A DNA stretch of 62,760 nucleotides, filler included, from Chiloscyllium plagiosum (Eukaryota): the NCBI RefSeq assembly GCF_004010195.1. It is 6 parts of 2 records of this genome, joined end to end, with 100 filler letters (N's around TTAATTAATTAA, not from the genome) between each part and the next. Parts side by side here need not be neighbours in the genome. Positions count along the whole stretch, not along the records: positions 58,942 to 62,760 come from NC_057711.1; 5 more parts are not named here. One strand, given 5' to 3'. The translations under genes were made by a program, and so were the position numbers. This document shows positions 60,224 to 62,760 of the stretch, piece after piece. Below the pieces are notes generated by a model, which saw only the letters and a program-made list of their open reading frames with translations, did no database searches and was not told where the DNA came from. Numbering within the stretch: position 1 is the stretch's first letter; the number at the start of each line of letters is the position of its first letter.

Positions 60224-61794
60224 CAAGACTGAGACACAGTCACAGAGACCTACACCTTGAAGACTGAGACACAGTCGCAGAGACCTGCACCTTGAAGACT
60301 GAGACACAGTCAGAGACCTACATCTTGAAGACTGAGACACAGTCGCAGAGACCTGCACCTTGAAGACTGAGACACAGTCGCAGAGACCTACACCTTGAAG
60401 ACTGAGACACAGTCGCAGAGACCTACACCTTGAAGACAGACACAATCAGAGAGACCTACACCTTGAAGACTGAGACACAATCAGAGAGACCTACACCTTG
60501 AAGACTGAGACACAATCAGAGAGACCTACACCTTGAAGACTGAGACACAATCAGAGAGACCTACACCTTGAAGACTGAGACACAATCAGAGAGACCTACA
60601 CCTTGAAGACTGAGACACAATCAGAGAGACCTACACCTTGAAGACTGAGACACAATCAGAGAGACCTACACCTTGAAGACTGAGACACAATCAGAGAGAC
60701 CTACACCTTGAAGACTGAGACACAATCAGAGAGACCTACACCTTGAAGACTGAGACACAATCAGAGAGACCTACACCTTGAAGACTGAGACACAATCAGA
60801 GAGACCTACACCTTGAAGACTGAGACACAATCAGAGAGACCTACACCTTGAAGACTGAGACACAATCAGAGAGACCTACACCTTGAAGACTGAGACACAA
60901 TCAGAGAGACCTACACCTTGAAGACTGAGACACAATCAGAGAGACCTACACCTTGAAGACTGAGACACAATCAGAGAGACCTACACCTTGAAGACTGAGA
61001 CACAATCAGAGAGACCTACACCTTGAAGACTGAGACACAATCAGAGAGACCTACACCTTGAAGACTGAGACACAATCAGAGAGACCTACACCTTGAAGAC
61101 TGAGACACAATCAGAGAGACCTACACCTTGAAGACTGAGACACAATCAGAGAGACCTACACCTTGAAGACTGAGACACAATCAGAGAGACCTACACCTTG
61201 AAGACTGAGACACAATCAGAGAGACCTACACCTTGAAGACTGAGACACAATCAGAGAGACCTACACCTTGAAGACTGAGACACAATCAGAGAGACCTACA
61301 CCTTGAAGACTGAGACACAATCAGAGAGACCTACACCTTGAAGACTGAGACACAATCAGAGAGACCTACACCTTGAAGACTGAGACACAATCAGAGAGAC
61401 CTACACCTTGAAGACTGAGACACAATCAGAGAGACCTACACCTTGTGAGACACAGTCAGAGAGACCTACACCTTGAAGACTGAGACACAGTCACATAGAC
61501 CTACACCTTGAAGACTGAGACACAGTCGCAGAGACCTACACCTTGAAGACTGAGACACAATCAGAGAGACCTACACCTTGAAGACTGAGACACAATCAGA
61601 GAGACCTACACCTTGAAGACTGAGACACAATCAGAGAGACCTACACCTTGAAGACTGAGACACAATCAGAGAGACCTACACCTTGAAGACTGAGACACAA
61701 TCAGAGAGAGACCTACACCTTGAAGATTGAGACACAGTCGCAGAGACCTACACCTTGAAGATTGAGACACAGTTGCAGAGACCTACACCTTGAA
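60224..61794. repeat. 35-bp minisatellite (gaagactgagacacaatcagagagacctacacctt)n, ~45 units
   Basis: Phase is preserved over 420 bp (12 units); homogeneous core with variant edges. Confidence 0.95.
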
Positions 61795-62087
61795 GGAAGC
61801 ATTGTTTGCACGCAGCCTGTCTGGCCCTTTGGGACCAGTTCCTCAATGCTACACAGTCATATTCCCATTCAGCATCAAGGGAAAACCCAGCAACGTGGTC
61901 AATTCTTAATCACTTTCAAATGGCCTGAAAACTGTTTATTTTCAAAGAAAACTTCTCAAGGCCCACTAAAACCTCCAGTGATGGGAACTGATCTGTTTTT
62001 CCAACCTTTGTTGAGTAAGGCTGTCAGGAAGGAAATCAACAATTCTGGGAAAAGGCAGGTTAGCACGTTAGCCATGATCTCATTGAA

Positions 62088-62760
62088 TGACAGGCCGCCG
62101 AGGGGAGAGGCCATTTTGGATTTGGTGCACGGCAATGAGCCGGGGCAGGTGACAGATCTTGTGGTGGGAGAGCATTTTGGTGATAGTGACCACAACTGCC
62201 TCACATTCTACATCGCTATGGAGGAGAGAAGCAGGCACAATGGGAGGATAATTAATTGGGGAAAAGGAAACTATGATGCTATCAGACGCGAGCTGGGAAG
62301 CATGGACTAGGAGCAATTGTTCAATGGAAAGGGCACTATAGACATGTGGAGACTGTTTAAGGAACAGTTGTTGCAAGTGATGAATAAATATGTCCCTCTG
62401 AGACAGGCAAGAAGGGGTAAGATAAAGGAACCTTGGATGACGAGAGCAGAGAAGCTTCTCGTCAAAAGAAAGAAGGCAGCTTACGTAAGGTGGAGGAAGC
62501 AAGGGTCTTGCTCAGCTCCAGAGGCAGACGACGAAGGAGCTCAAAAATGGTCTGAGGAGAGCCAGGAGGAGGCACGAGAAAGGCTTGGCAGGAAGGATTA
62601 GGGAGAACACAAAGGCATTTTACACGTATGTGAGGAATAAGAGAATGATCAAAGAAAGAGTAGGGCCGATCAGGGATAACATAGGGAACTTGTGTATAGA
62701 GTCTGAGGAGGTAGGGGAAGCCCTAAATGAGTTTTTTGCTTCTGTCTTTACGAAAGAAAC
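62088..62760 (+). mobile_element. CR1 ORF2 fragment (endonuclease end and linker), running off the window
   Basis: RGEAILDLV.GNEPGQV; GDSDHN; W.LFKE.LL.V..KYVP; KAFYTYVRNKR. Confidence 0.9.

Noticed and set aside
60224..61794. CRISPR-like 35-bp repeats
   Set aside because: Units are directly adjacent with no unique spacers, there are no cas genes, and the context is vertebrate

Overview
Eukaryotic, not prokaryotic, DNA. The repeat content (HE1/V-SINE-like SINEs, CR1-clade LINEs, Penelope-like elements, Rex1/Babar and Gypsy fragments) points to a cartilaginous fish, most likely a shark; this is an inference from repeat families. The window is a draft assembly with 8 N-gaps, 5 of which carry an artificial TTAATTAATTAA spacer. 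It is mostly nested, decayed transposons and minisatellites. I cannot identify an intact host protein-coding gene; the long ORFs in the track come from minisatellites, gaps or transposons. Most notable observations: (1) a head-to-head pair of tRNA-Glu(TTC) genes forming a ~310-bp palindrome, inserted into a LINE between 18-bp direct repeats with microhomology at both junctions; (2) nine minimal hammerhead-ribozyme motifs in Penelope terminal repeats, with a conserved, covarying stem II; (3) two Penelope elements that each carry a different in-frame minisatellite (27 bp and 36 bp) in the same ORF linker; (4) several locally templated insertions; (5) a Gypsy element whose pol ends at RNase H (Gmr1-like order inferred), with related solo LTRs; (6) a candidate signal-peptide exon at 17924-17987 (-). 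Transposon boundaries were read by eye and are approximate.
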